From NCBI RefSeq assembly GCF_023055435.1, contig NW_025963791.1, forward strand, positions 15,128,001 through 15,192,000: a stretch of DNA of 64,000 nucleotides. The letters run 5' to 3'. Origin of the DNA: Haliotis rufescens (taxonomy: Eukaryota). Positions 1 through 12,800 of the stretch are shown here, one piece after another. The stretch's first letter is position 1. Every line of letters begins with the position of its first letter. The position numbers were made by a program, and so were the translations under genes. The notes below the pieces were generated by a model. The model saw only the letters and a program-made list of their open reading frames with translations. It searched no databases and was not told where the DNA came from.

Positions 1-78
1 TAACTACATGTTTGTGGTTTTGTTTTGTGAGGCTTCATATTATCCATATCACCTCATGTCACTATACTCTATACTATA

Positions 79-248
79 TGTTTGTTGTTTAACGCCGCAC
101 TCAGTAATATTCCAACTTTATGACAGCAGTCTGTAAATTGTCGAGTCTAGACCAGACAATCAAGTGATTGACATCATGATCACCAATCTACGCAATTGGG
201 ATGCGATGACATGCATAAACTATGCGACCCTGACCACCCGATCCATTT
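79..248 (-). mobile_element. SINE-like family B (3' part)
   Basis: GTTTGTTGTTTAACGCCGCACTCAG...GAGTCTAGACCAGACAATC...CCTGACCACCCGATCC. Confidence 0.8.
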
Positions 249-900
249 AGACTCCAAATTTACTACCCGGGTACCCGACACCCTATTATCCGGCCCTACC
301 CGGATACCCGCTATAGGTCTCAAGAATTGGGTACAAAATGTCCGAATGGGAATCGTTTTACCGCAGCCCTGGCAAAAACTATTAGATACATGATCATGTA
401 TACACTGCAGTTGATAGACGCTTTATCCTTACTCGAACATATAAAAGTCTGCATTGTGAGAAAGAAATGTGAACATTATAGCTATACTATCTTGTAGTGT
501 AACCATTGAGTTATATTGTTAATGTCATGTTATTGTAAACAGTATGTCACGTGACTAACCACGGGTCCGGGTAGTCATGTGGGTACCCGGGTCCTACTCA
601 GGACCCACCCGACACGACTATCCGAGTTACCCATCCCAGCCCTAAACCTAGCTATGTTCTAACCCCGAATCCCCTGTACTGGGGTCTCCTCTCTAGAATA
701 AGCCTGACAACGATATACGGGCAGATCGTGTATGTAGGACCCCCAGTATTCTATTCACGAAGACCCGGCAGAGGTCGCTGCGCTCTGTGCAGGTCTCCGT
801 TTTGTCCACAGCGAGTACAGAGTTACTCTGACTGAGCTGAGCGTATGCAGGAGGCGTTTCAACAGTTCAGGGAGGGACCTTTTCATAGGTACTGACTTAC

Positions 901-988
901 CTATCACTGGTCTGTTGTTGTATGTGACGTGTCCTGCTGATGTCGCCACCACCAACACGCTGAGCTGCAGCAACACACACATCGCCAT
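901..988 (-). CDS. GGH: Gamma-glutamyl hydrolase paralog A, coding exon 1 only (rest of gene lies left of the window)
   Basis: ATG at 988, MAMCVLLQLSVLVVATSAGHVTYNNRPVIG (signal peptide + NNRPVIG motif typical of GGH N-termini), donor G|GTAAGT at 900. Identical to exon 1 of paralog C; TATA-like element at ~1043-1050. Confidence 0.8.
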
Positions 989-1127
989 ACCGTCCACGAC
1001 AAAGAAGGAAGTATTTTGAAGACGAAGTTAGCGTGTGCTGGTTATATATAGTAACAGGGAATACCGCTCATCACACGATGTGTAACAGGAAGATCGGATC
1101 AACAATGCTCTGACGAGGCGGTTTCTG

Positions 1128-1130
<3 letters not shown>

Positions 1131-1163
<33 letters not shown>
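1131..1163. repeat. (TG)n microsatellite
   Basis: Direct reading. Confidence 0.95.
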
Positions 1164-1165
<2 letters not shown>

Positions 1166-1395
1166 GGGGGGGGTCAGAAATCAGTTTTATTTGAATCATG
1201 AAAATACAAGTACAAATATTCAGGCTATTCGGGAAGTGTATTGTTTTACGATGCCGTGCACGTGTTCTATATATAAAGAGATGTGCTATTCACATGTGTG
1301 AAGATTGTTATAAAGAGTTCACCGTTTATGGCATTGACTGCTATTTCAACAGCTAGTAACAACACGCGCTCCGTGCAACCGCTCTTTCCACTAGA

Positions 1396-1563
1396 GCCCC
1401 GATTTTGTTTCTAGGTTTGTCAGCACCATACCCGTGGGTTTCACCGAAGTGGTAAACGTCTGAGACCTGCATCACTTCGGGCTTTCCTAACACATTAAGC
1501 TGACACGCCGTGATATAACTGGAATAATGTTAAAAGCGGCGTTACACCCAACACCCTCACACT
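1396..1563 (+). mobile_element. SINE family D, 3' part
   Basis: TTTCTAGGTTTGTCAGCACCATACCCGTG...GGCGTTACACCCAAC. Confidence 0.75.
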
Positions 1564-1844
1564 CCAGCCACTAGACCACGGAGGCGGCCTGTTTTATACA
1601 CCTACATAGCCAGCCAGATGAAATCAGCGGGGAGAGGTAGTGAGGTGAACTGAAGGACACAAATAACTTGTTTCAACCAAATTATCAAAGCGAATTTTAA
1701 AATTATATATGTGCCACTGAATTATTAGTTAAAAATTCTAACATGCGGTGTGATGTCCTCTGTCATCTAATCTTATAAATAGCTAAAATCTTATGTTACA
1801 TGTGTTAAGCCTATGTAAGGCATCTGTATAACAAAGTGAGCCAG

Positions 1845-2003
1845 GGGTGTTGGGGTAGCCAAGTGGTTTAAGAGTTTCCTCGTCACACAGACCCGGGTTC
1901 GATTCCCCACACGGGTACAATGTGTGAAGACCATTTCTGGTGTCCCCCGCTATGGACCGCTGGAATACTGCTAAAAGCGGCGTAAAACCGTACTCACTCA
2001 ACC
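1845..2003 (+). mobile_element. tRNA-derived SINE family A (~160 bp)
   Basis: A box TAGCCAAGTGG, B box GGTTCGATTCC, tail GCTGGAATACTGCTAAAAGCGGCGTAAAAC(CACT)n. Confidence 0.85.
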
Positions 2004-2025
2004 ATAGTGAGACACTATTAACCAG

Positions 2026-2127
2026 TGCCCCGTTCAACAAAGCGGCCGTAGCGTTACGACTGTGTTTATGTTAAAGTATGCGAGTTACGATCGTCTTAGC
2101 ACTAAATTCGCTTTGTGGAACGGGGCC
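2026..2127. mobile_element. ~105-bp palindromic PIF/Harbinger-like MITE
   Basis: GCCCCGTTC..CAAAGCG...CGCTTTGTGGAACGGGGCC flanked by CAG/CAG. Confidence 0.75.
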
Positions 2128-2219
2128 CAGAACCTCCCAGAATAGGAGGAATGACCGACTGTTATCAGGTGCATCCATTTTATTATTGATCAGTTTAGAC
2201 AGAAGTGTGAAAACATAGC

Positions 2220-5200
2220 TTAATAAAAAGGAATTTGGGTAAAATTAAACATATATGCTTCAGAGAAAGATCCGTCTTTAAGAAACAGAGGCTGGTAGTT
2301 CTCAATGACGGCTGCAGACTCTGTGGCGACGTCTGGAAAGCGGTGCTGACTTTTCCGGGCTGTGGAAGAAAGAAGTATGAAATGTTAAGTTGCTAAAATA
2401 TATCAAGATACGATAGATATTAAGAGGTTCCTAACAAACACACAGTTCGCTTCCGACCCGCGCTGCACAGACTCATCCCAACTCGCTTACCCTCGTCGAC
2501 GAAGAAGTTGGCGAGGTACTGGGTGACGTGGATGGCCTCCCGTGTGTGGTCGATGTCGTCGTTGGGATTCCAACCGTAGTTTATATCTTCCGGGTGCCAC
2601 TGGGTGGCATAAAACGGGTATTTGAACGCTGGGGGAGACAGAACAGGATATCGTGAGATAAAACATCGGGAATTCTTTTCGTGTAATAGTTGACAGTTTG
2701 TTGGGTCGTATTATAATCGCACCCGTGAAGATCCGGGGTAGAATAGGTCTTCAGCAACCCATGCTTGCCGTAAAAGGCGACTATGCTTGTCGTAAAAGGC
2801 CACTAACGGCATCGGATGGTCAGGCTCTCTCTGACTTGGTTGATGCATGTCATCGTATCCCTGTTGCGTAGATCGATTCTCATGATGTCGATCACTGGAT
2901 TTTCTGGCCCAGACTGGACTGGAATATTGCTGAGTGCGGCGTTAAACAACACACAAACAAACACAACTTAATATATTCGAGTATAATTCGAACCCCCAGC
3001 CAACTATAAAGCACCTCACAGCCATAGTAGATAGCCCGTTCGCGGCGCGGAGCTCTCTTTAATACTGTCGCTGCGACCGGTGTGACCGATGCCTACTGTG
3101 TAAGGCGCCCTCAACCGTGTATGGAGTTGAACCAGCAACTGCCTGACCGTTATGTTTACCAGCAAGATGTCGTGAAGCCAAATACTCTTCCCCCAGTTAA
3201 AGTATTTTGTTTGTTTTTCAGTTGGAATTTCAACTACCATGTAGAAATCTAATTAAGTGTGATGATATTGTAAGGGGTTCTTTTCTGTTAGTCTGCAATA
3301 TCCAACCAATCTGATTAAACAAACGGGGGGCACGGGGGGCCCAGTCGTCTAAGGCGCCGCGATTCGCTGTGCAGGGTTGCTTCCCTTGGGCACGCCAGAA
3401 ACCTATGATTGTGGGTTCGAATCCCGGTTCGCCCCGATTATGTTTCTAGGTTTGTCAGCACCATACCCGTGCTCGTGGGTTTCACCGAAGTGGTAAACGT
3501 CTGAGACCTGCATCACTTCGGGCTTTCCTCCCACATTCAGCTGACACGCCATGATATAACTGGAATACTGTTAAAGTGGCGTTAAACCCAACTCACTCAC
3601 TCACTCACTATTAAACAAACATACGTAAATTCATCTGGGAAATAGTATATAAGTCAACCTTTTCTCAATTCACTAGAATGTCATTCCCAAAGATATACAC
3701 AAAGATATATATACCATTACAGTAGAAGTTGGAGGGAAAAGTTTCAAGATTCTTGTAAGGGCGGCTTGCATACTAGTGACAACGATGATACAACGAGGGT
3801 AAAGATGTCACGTGCCGGGACAGACCTTTAATCAGCTACATTCGTCACCACACGTAACTTTCCGTAACCTACAAGAAGGTTTGTCCCGGAATGGCACGAG
3901 TAGGAATGGAAACAGCAAGGGATACAGCCCTTCACAGAGAGATGGGTATCTTTGACTACGGTCCTACGCACACATTGGAATCAGCATTGGACGTAATGAG
4001 ATTATAACAAGACGACAACTACTTGTGTTTCTGCATGTCACTAACTATGACAATAAAAATGTCCGAGTTAAAATGGTTTTATTGAGATACACACCTTCCA
4101 TGGTGGACACGAACACCTTCCCTCCCCTGTCCTTGTTGGTAGACATGATCCGGTAGAAGTCGCGGAGAGAGGGCGTGGCACTAAATGTCTGACGGTGTGG
4201 GTAACAGAGAAAACGTATTTAAATATTTATCATCCAAAAGTGGCCTTCACGGGAGATAAACAAAATCAAGCGATCCCTCCTTTTCAGACCATTGTTCATC
4301 GGTTACCATGACGTCACAATCAAATGACATCACTAATCTCTGCTACAAAAGCCAAGATCCTGCTTATTACTGCTTACAAACTGAGGAAAATGTTGGAAAA
4401 ATGATGTTGGATGATAAATAGTATCTCATCCTCGTGTCTTTTGATATCAAATATCTCAACACTCGTATTTGATATCAAAAGACGCTCAGTTTGGATTCTC
4501 TATAATATCATTTTATTATCCTTACATTTCAGCTATGTGAATCAAGGCCATTGTTGACGTTATTCGAACAGCATTGTTGCGTTTTGTTTAATCACGTCGC
4601 AATGATTATGACCTCACAATATATCTTTGTTTACGTCCTCCTGTTGACTTTAATCTGGCTCTGGCTCTTCATATTGCATATTGATGCATATAGTAAGCCG
4701 GGACGGGATGCTTGTGTGTGTGCATTACACGATATGTGTGTAAAAGGTATGTGTGCGCGTGTGTGTAACATTAATATACCTCCTCCATAACACCGAAATG
4801 ATGGAAATTTGGCGTGACCTTCTCCCTGGTGAGCGTGTTGATGACCCTAGGACTGGCCATGCCCAGCAAGCGACTTTCCTTGTAGGCTACAAATAAAAAG
4901 CACATCTCACTATTCTCAGAAACATGTATTAAAATTATCGCCAGTTTCATCTGTAAGGAAGCGGAATCAACATGCTTCTAGAGGCTGGTGTTTCCAACAA
5001 GCCCGTAACTGCAACGATATATATAAGTAGCATCGAGACGTAGGGTCCATTCTTTTGTCTGTGCATACCATACTTGAAACAGTTTTTGAAAAAAAAGTCC
5101 CAACAGGTGAACCAAAATACCTTGTCGAATGTACAGGTGAGATAATAGGTCCGTGAATGTGTGAATATGGTGTTTACGCTGCTTCTAGCAATGGTCCAAC

Positions 5201-8059
5201 AATATCGGACAGGTGACACCAGAAATGGGCTTCACACATTGTACTTATTGGGGGGATTCGAACCAGGACCTTTGGCGTGACGAGCGAAAGCTTGGACCAC
5301 TAGGTTACCTCCACCGCAATAGGTGTGATGTATAGTATAATTAAGTATATGATAATCGTATCGTTAAGTCTGGGACGATTTACGCGTCCCAGTACGTTGT
5401 CACAGCTCACCTGGCTTCAAGTCTAGCGCCATACTAATGTTCTCAGCATCAGTTGGCTGCAGGAAGTTGTGCCGGGCCGTCAGGTTGGTGAGGAGTTGGA
5501 AGCCCTGACAGGTGCCCCACAGGGGGAAGTGATCCCCGGCGTCGTTAGCCTGCCGGAGACACGGGGCAAAGACAAGTGATGACAAAACCCAGCGGTTTCA
5601 TTGGTCAATACGCACATGTGACATCATAAAACCATCAGAAACATAGGGTCGTGGAATCGCAGTTCGCCCTGATTAGGTTCAGTAGGTTTGTCAGCACAGC
5701 TCCACTCCACTCCACTCCACTCCACTCCACTTCATCAAACAACATTACTTTTTCATTCACATACACATTCTTAACGAAATGGAAGCATCCGATTAAAGGG
5801 GAAATTGCACTGCATCTAGTTCAAGAGCTCGTCTGTACCCATTCTTTTTCATTTGCAGTGTTTGCTTGAGTAAATTTACACATGAGCATAAATTAAGCAC
5901 ACCATAGTCAACATTTAATTCCGAGAAACAACGCTAAACCCTGGCCCGCACCCAAATAAACGCCTTTAGAATTACCTTGACTTCCAAGTGAGAGCTAGAT
6001 ACCCTCCAGTTGAAAACCCGAATGAACTCACTCTGACACTGGACCAGGAATAGAAGAGGATCCCAACGTTGAAAATTAGAATTCTGACCAGCAACATTAA
6101 GAGATGCCTCGCGAATATCACCCGTGAGAGTGGTGGACACTCCAGATACTGATTGCCGAGTCAGTGGTGATTCCTCGGTTGACAGTATTCACATTTCACT
6201 GCATACTTTAACTGTCCGATTCGTGGTGTGGGCAGGGTACTGATACTTTTCAGCATTGGTTATATAGTTCTTCGCATAACGCCAATAAATCGGTAGCGAT
6301 TGCTGTGTCAGCTTCATTATTTGTGTGATGGTAGTGACGGTCTGTTTGTAAGTGTACTACTCTCTCGGAACAATGGACAACACCAGTCATGTATTTAATG
6401 TAACACACATCCGAAACATTGGGTTATGCTTAATTATTGCTCATCAGTATATACACATATTAATCTACATTGACGCGTTTGTGAGAATCCCCACAACTGT
6501 CTCAGGATCTGACGGCGTTTTGCCGTTTATATGGTGTTCACCAGCTCTGCACGTATTTGTCTTTCTCAAGTCAAATATTTAAACCGACAGATCATAAACA
6601 CACTCACACAATGATTTCATTCAACGCAGTTTCTTTATCAGACTACAAAAAAAACACATTATTCATTGATTCTGATAATTCAGAACACATTCATGCAATT
6701 GTGTCATTAAAAAGCCTGCTTGACTCAAATGTGGGAGTTTATATATGAATTAGGTTTGTTTGTTTTAATTGCCAGTGGGGTGAGACCTTCCAGCTCTCAT
6801 GTGCACTATTGCGAGACAATGGCCGCGTCAAGCGTTGCTCAACCCCCACAACGCTATCTACGCCTTATTAAAGACTTCCAACTACAGTTGCCACGTCCGA
6901 CGTGAGATTACCTGGACGACGATGTCGTATATGATCCTAGCGGCAGTGGCGAGGTAGCTGGAGGTCAGATTGCGGTCACCCCCGGGGAATAGCACTCTGT
7001 ATACAGAGGACAGTGAGAAATGTCATTCAGTGCTGGTTATGTATATCTTATCTCTCCAATCAGCGCTGGTTTGTTATGTGAGTCAGGTCAATCCTTATGT
7101 TTCATCGACATATTATTTAACCAATACGAGATTTTGTTATATAAAAAAACAACAACAATTTGTGCCATTTCTCTGTGAAATAATGTATCGTGATAAGTAT
7201 AGTATCGTGAACAAAGTACAGTAAACTACGGTTATTCCGAACTCAAAGGAAGCACTAATTTAGTTCGTTATAACCGTTGTTCGTAAGCATATATACAGCA
7301 ATTACACGGCAAATGCCTGAGACACAAAAACGGTTCCTTATATTCGCTAGTTCGTTATAAGCGTGTTCGTAATAAACGTAGTTTACTTTACTATGGCGTC
7401 CTGACATAAGCGTATCCTTCAAGGTCGAGATAAACTCACCCATTGATGCGCGAAAGGAGAGTTTCGTAGTATTCTTTAGGCTGCTTGACTCTGTGGAGGG
7501 AACCGGAATGCAGAAGAGCCTCATTATTACTTCCAGTAATCTGAACTGACCATTTCATAACAACAGGAACGAATTAGACTAACCGATTACTATCCACATA
7601 AAAATATACAGAAGGTCTAACTTTCTAAGACAAGGTATTGCAATGGCCCTCTCAGAATCCATTACACCAAGGAACATGATATTGTTTGATTAGGATTCAA
7701 GTACCGTGACATAAAAATCAAAGGTCTTCATATATATGAGCTGAGATTGAGCTACCGTGACGTACAACTATGGGCCCGTCAGGCTTCAAATACATACTTG
7801 AGTCGAACCAAGGATCATCTTCGGGTTAAGTCTTAAATTAGAAATCACAACCAGTTAATCATTGCTTGATAACGGTGTTAGAACCTACACCGAAATGTTG
7901 CGCCTAACTGTAATAAAGAAATTGTTTATCCATATACATTGTTTCTTATCCTTACTCAGTTAATCCTCCCACGGCCAAGGGGTGAGGTGAGGTGAGGTGA
8001 GGTGAGGTGAGGTGAAATTGGGTTTAACGTCGCGTCCAAGATTATTGCACTTTTATAGC

Positions 8060-8118
<59 letters not shown>

Positions 8119-8603
8119 CTGCTTGTGCTAGTGCGGACTGATGCCGGTTTATAGAGCTAGCTCACTGAGATACCATGCTACAGTTGAACATGAATACACC
8201 ACTCAGACTAAGTATACTGATTCCGAGCCGATCAGCCCTTGTTTTAGCCCCTTAATGCCGAGCGCCAGACAGGGTAACAACAAGTACCATCTTTTAACGT
8301 CTTTTGGTATGCCCCGACCTTCCGCTCTCCTGGCGGACGCTCTACCACTTGACCACAGAAGCGGTGCACGGCCAGGGGACGCAACCAGGATAGACATACA
8401 TGATTTATACACCCCTACGGTTTCAACGACTGAATGACCCACCTCACTGGAACTACCCTGGCTCCCGCCTGTTCCAGGAACTTGACATAGGTCGCGCTGA
8501 TGTAAGTGTCGCCATATGGCTGGTCTAAACCCGTGCACTGGTCAACAACACCTGTACAGCATACAGAATCAACATGTATAACAATAACACTAACAATAAA
8601 AAT

Positions 8604-8635
<32 letters not shown>

Positions 8636-9276
8636 TAATATCAACACATGTCATTTCTATGTTTAACCCTTGCGGAATGCTTATTGTTTGATCCCTGAGC
8701 TTTGCTTTGTGGTTAACCCTAATTCAACAACATTTTGCCCTTTGAAGCATGACTTCTCATGAATCGTGCATCCGCCGCTGTAATCCTACCCACTTGGATA
8801 TGCTTTTGTCTGTATATTGTTTAACGCCGAACTCAGCAGTATTTGAGCTACTTAACAGTAAATATTCGAGATCAGACAAACCAGTGGTTGATATTATCAA
8901 CAACGATCCACCCCGTCGGGGCACGATGACAGCTATCAACCAAGTCACGTGCTTGACAACCCGATCCATTTGGTCGCCTCTTGCGACCAGCATATGTTGC
9001 TGGGGACCTATCCTTACCCGTGATCCATACGGGGTCACTGGGTTATAAAGGTCAAGGACATATTGCAGATCTGATTGTGGGTTCTGTTCAATTGAGGCAC
9101 CGGCCGACACAAATCCATGACGTCAAGTTTAACATTGTCTGAGAAAAGAATATTGGCCATCAACTGAACGTGACTTGGTGTTGTAGTTTCTTACCAATGA
9201 TCGGTCTGTTGTTGAGGGGCAGGCAGGCGATATGAGACGCCACCAGCAGAAAACAGGCTACCTGAACACCACTCAT
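2220..9276 (-). CDS. GGH: Gamma-glutamyl hydrolase paralog B (peptidase C26), 9 exons, ~314 aa
   Basis: Exons 9195-9276, 8443-8551, 7440-7490, 6912-6996, 5411-5549, 4780-4886, 4095-4188, 2491-2628, 2220-2359. All GT-AG, phases compatible. Motifs NNRPIIG, YVKFLEQAGARVVPV, VLFPGG, WGTCQGF (catalytic Cys), NFHHFG, QWHPE (catalytic His/Glu); TAA at 2220-2222. Confidence 0.93.
2722..2963 (+). mobile_element. SINE-like family B (~250 bp)
   Basis: CCCGTGAAGATCCGGGGTAGAATAGGTCTTCAGCAACCCATGCTTG...GCTGAGTGCGGCGTTAAACAAC. Confidence 0.85.
3325..3609 (+). mobile_element. tRNA(Leu)-like SINE family D (~285 bp)
   Basis: GTCTAAGGCGC ... GTGGGTTCGAATCCC head, TTTCCTCCCACA body, (CACT)n tail; flanking repeat ATTAAACAAAC. 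Confidence 0.85.
4223..4520 (+). mobile_element. Unclassified non-autonomous element, copy 1
   Basis: TATTTATCATCCAAAA...TTGGATGATAAATA inverted repeat plus a GATATCAAA palindrome; homologous to 14472-14880 and to a fragment at 47401-47455. Confidence 0.6.
5215..5318 (-). mobile_element. SINE family A, 5' part
   Basis: Reverse complement of the family A head and body. Confidence 0.75.
7219..7390. mobile_element. Tigger/pogo-type MITE
   Basis: TA-CAGTAAACTACG ... CGTAGTTTACT; related to the copy at 62347. Confidence 0.65.
7981..8366 (-). mobile_element. tRNA-derived SINE family C (~330 bp) with internal (TG)n and (GGTGA)n tail
   Basis: Reverse complement of the 17328 copy. Confidence 0.85.
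8815..9035 (-). mobile_element. SINE-like family B, diverged
   Basis: Collinear but diverged from the family B pattern. Confidence 0.65.
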
Positions 9277-9367
9277 GTTGACTCAATTGAACAAACACCG
9301 TTATCTCGGTCACATGACGTTACAGATAACACCTGCTATAGCAACATAGGGACCAGACACATGTACA

Positions 9368-9368
<1 letters not shown>

Positions 9369-9413
<45 letters not shown>
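9369..9413. repeat. (CA)n microsatellite between the divergent GGH genes
   Basis: Direct reading. Confidence 0.95.
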
Positions 9414-9415
<2 letters not shown>

Positions 9416-9767
9416 GTAATTATCAAATCCTAGAAGGGACATTGTCGCGTTAAAAATAGCAAAAAGAGTCAAAATTAACCAAAGCGCGACAATGCGACAT
9501 AACTATATTTTGTCTATGATGGGGCGGGCGTCTATGCTCTAATTAGGGGGAGTCCCTATTCCAATTTTATCTATGAAGGGGCGTCGTTGCTGCAATCGTA
9601 GCTATTGTGCAGAGTCGATGTTTCAATATACGAGTTATTCTATTTTGCAATATTACCTAAAGACAGTTACTCACATCTGTTAGCAATATAAATATGACTA
9701 AATAATGATTAAGCTCATTTTCGTACAAGCTGCTCTCGTTTTCCTTGCAAGCTGTGTTTGTGGAGCG

Positions 9768-9785
9768 GTTACTATATATAACCAG
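9768..9785 (+). promoter_or_regulatory. TATA-box element of GGH paralog C
   Basis: GTTACTATATATAACCAG ~65 nt upstream of the ATG; the same 18-mer is conserved upstream of paralog A (minus, ~1038-1055) while neighbouring DNA has diverged. Confidence 0.6.
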
Positions 9786-9844
9786 TACAAGCTGTATGTT
9801 GTGCAAGTGTTAATCAAGATACTTCCTCCTTTGTCGTGGACGGT

Positions 9845-12800
9845 ATGGCGATGTGTGTGTTGCTGCAGCTCAGCGTGTTGGTGGTGGCGACATCAGCAGG
9901 ACACGTCACATACAACAACAGACCAGTGATAGGTAAGTCAGCACCTACTGAAGCAAGGGTTAATTTCTGTGTCTCTTGTCTCGATTTGCCGAAGAGCCTT
10001 CTGCTTCACGGGGTACAACGACTCGGTCAGATCAGCTCTACAGCCTCGAGTTACGTCAGAGTATATCCCTACCAGTATACATGAGTGTTTTAGACCTACA
10101 AATTTACAGTGTTTTGTGGCGTCAGTGTGCAGATCTGCCGGGTACATACAACTGGTGCACGGCTATGTGGTTGCACATATATATATATATATATATATCA
10201 TTTTTGTATAAATATATTCTGGGATAGTCCCACACGTTTGGTACATAACTGTTGGTTTATTCACCGATAATACGAATAAAGTATGGTATAACAAACTTAC
10301 ATGTACACCACGTCGGGCAAGATAACGTTGTTTACTTTTTCTCTACATAGTATAGTATACGTATTCTCCGGACGTTTACAACAAAATAAGTTCGAAATTT
10401 TAAGATAGTATTCATGGCAACAAGAGAACGGATTGCAGGAGAATAAGTGAAAAGGTGTAGGGAAACGAAACTGGGACAACGAGACCGAAAGCAGGATGTA
10501 TTTTATACACTGACAAGTTATGTCCTCGGATGGATTGAAACAAAAGCAGTATCGGCGCTTGATGGATAGATACCAGCTGTCTATCTCGTTTTCACACACC
10601 CTGCATCATTGCACACACATAAGAGTTATCCCCCCTTGCAGGTGTCCTCGCCCAGGCCACAGCCAGCAAGACACATGGCGACACCTATATCCCGGCCAAC
10701 TATGTCAAGTACCTGGAGCAGGCCGGGGCCAGGGTAGTGCCAGTCAGGTGAGGTCGCTCATCTAATACTTCAGGTAGGCGGGCCAGGGTAGTGCCAGTCA
10801 GGTGAGGCCAGTCATCTAATACTTCAGGTAGGCGGGGCCAGGGTAGTGCCAGTCAGGTGAGGTCGCTCATCTAATACTTCAGGTAGGCGGGGCCAGGGTA
10901 GTGCCAGTCAGGTGAGGTCGCTCATCTAATACTTCAGGTAGGCGGGGCCAGGGTAGTGCCAGTCAGGTGAGGTCGCTCATCTAATACTTCAGGTAGGCGG
11001 GGCCAGGTTAGTGCCAGTCAGGTGAGGTCAATCATCTAATACCTCAGGTAGGCGGGGCCAGGGTAGTGCCAGTCAGGTAAGGTCAATCATCTAATACTTC
11101 AGGTAGGCGGGGCCAGGGTAGTGCCAGTCAGGTGAGGTCGCTCATCTAATACTTCAGGTAGGCGGGGCCAGGGTAGTGCCAGTCAGGTGAGGTCGCTCAT
11201 CTAATACCTCAGGTAGGCGGGGCCAGGGTAGTGCCAGTCAGGTGAGGTCGCTCATCTAATAATTTAGGTAGGCGGGGCCAGGGTAGTGCCAATCATGTGA
11301 GGTCGCTCATCTAATACTTCAGGTAGGCGGGCCAGGGTAGTGCCAGTCAGGTAATGTCTGTCATCTAATACCTCAGGTAGGCGGGCTGGGGTAGTGCCAG
11401 TCAGGTGAGGTCGCTCATCTAATACTTCAGGTAGGCGGGCCAGGGTAGTGCCAGTCAGGTGAGGCCAGTCATCTAATACTTCAGGTAGGCGGGGCCAGGG
11501 TAGTGCCAGTCAGGTGAGGTCGCTCATCTAATACTTCAGGTAGGCGGGCCAGGGTAGTGCCAGTCAGGTGAGGTCAATCATCTATGCTTCAGGTAGGTGG
11601 GGCCAGGGTAGTGCCAGTCACGTGAGGTCAGTCATCTAATACTTAAGGTAGGCAGGGCCAGGGTAGTGTCAGTCAGGTGAGGTCAATCATCTATTACTTC
11701 AGGTAGGCGGGGCCAGGGTAGCTCCAGTTAGGTGAGGTCGCTCATCTAATACTTCAGGTAGGCGAGGCCAGGGTAGTGCCAGTCAGGTGAGGTCAATCAT
11801 CTCATACTTCAGGTAGGCGGGGCCAGGGTAGTGCCAGTCAGGTGAGGTTAGTCATCTAATACTTCAGGTAGGCGGGGCCAGGGTAGTGCCAGTCAGGTGA
11901 GGTCGCTCATCTAATACTTCAGGTAGGCGGGGCCAGGGTAGTGCCAGTCAGGTGAGGTCGCTCATCTAATACTTCAGGTAGGCGGGCCAGGGTAGTGCCA
12001 GTCAGGTGAGGTCGCTCATCTAATACTTCAGGTAGGCGAGGCCAGGGTAGTGCCAGTCAGGTGAGGTCAATCATCTCATACTTCAGGTAGGCGGGGCCAG
12101 GGTAGTGCCAGTCAGGTGAGGTTAGTCATCTAATACTTCAGGTAGGCGGGGCCAGGGTAGTGCCAGTCAGGTGAGGTCGCTCATCTAATACTTCAGGTAG
12201 GCGGGGCCAGGGTAGTGCCAGTCAGGTGAGGTCGCTCATCTAATACTTCAGGTAGGCGGGGCCAGGGTAGTGCCAGTCAGGTGAGGTCAGTCATCTAATA
12301 CTTCAGGTAGGCGGGGCCAGGGTAGTGCCAGTCAGGTGAGGTGAGTCATCGAATACTTCAGGTAGGCGAGGCCAGGGTAGTGCCTGTCAGGTGAGGTCAG
12401 TCATCTCATACTTCAGGTAGGCGGGGCCAGGGTAGTGCCAGTCAGGTGAGGTTAGTCATCTAATACTTCAGGTAGGCGGGCCAGGGTAGTGCCAGTCAGG
12501 TGAGGTCACTCATCTAATACTTCAGGTAGGCGGGGCCAGGGTAGTGCCAGTCAGGTGAGGTCGCTCATCTAATACTTCAGGTAGGCGGACCAGGGTAGTG
12601 CCAGTCAGGTGAGGTTAGTCATCTAATACTTCAGGTAGGCGGGGCCAGGGTAGTGCCAGTCAGATGAGGTCAGTCATCTAATACTTCAGGTAGGCGGGCC
12701 AGGGTAGTGCCAGTCAGGTGAGGTCAGTCATCTCATACTTCAGGTAGGCGGGCCAGGGTAGTGCCAGTCAGGTGAGGTCAGTCATCTGATACTTCAGGTA

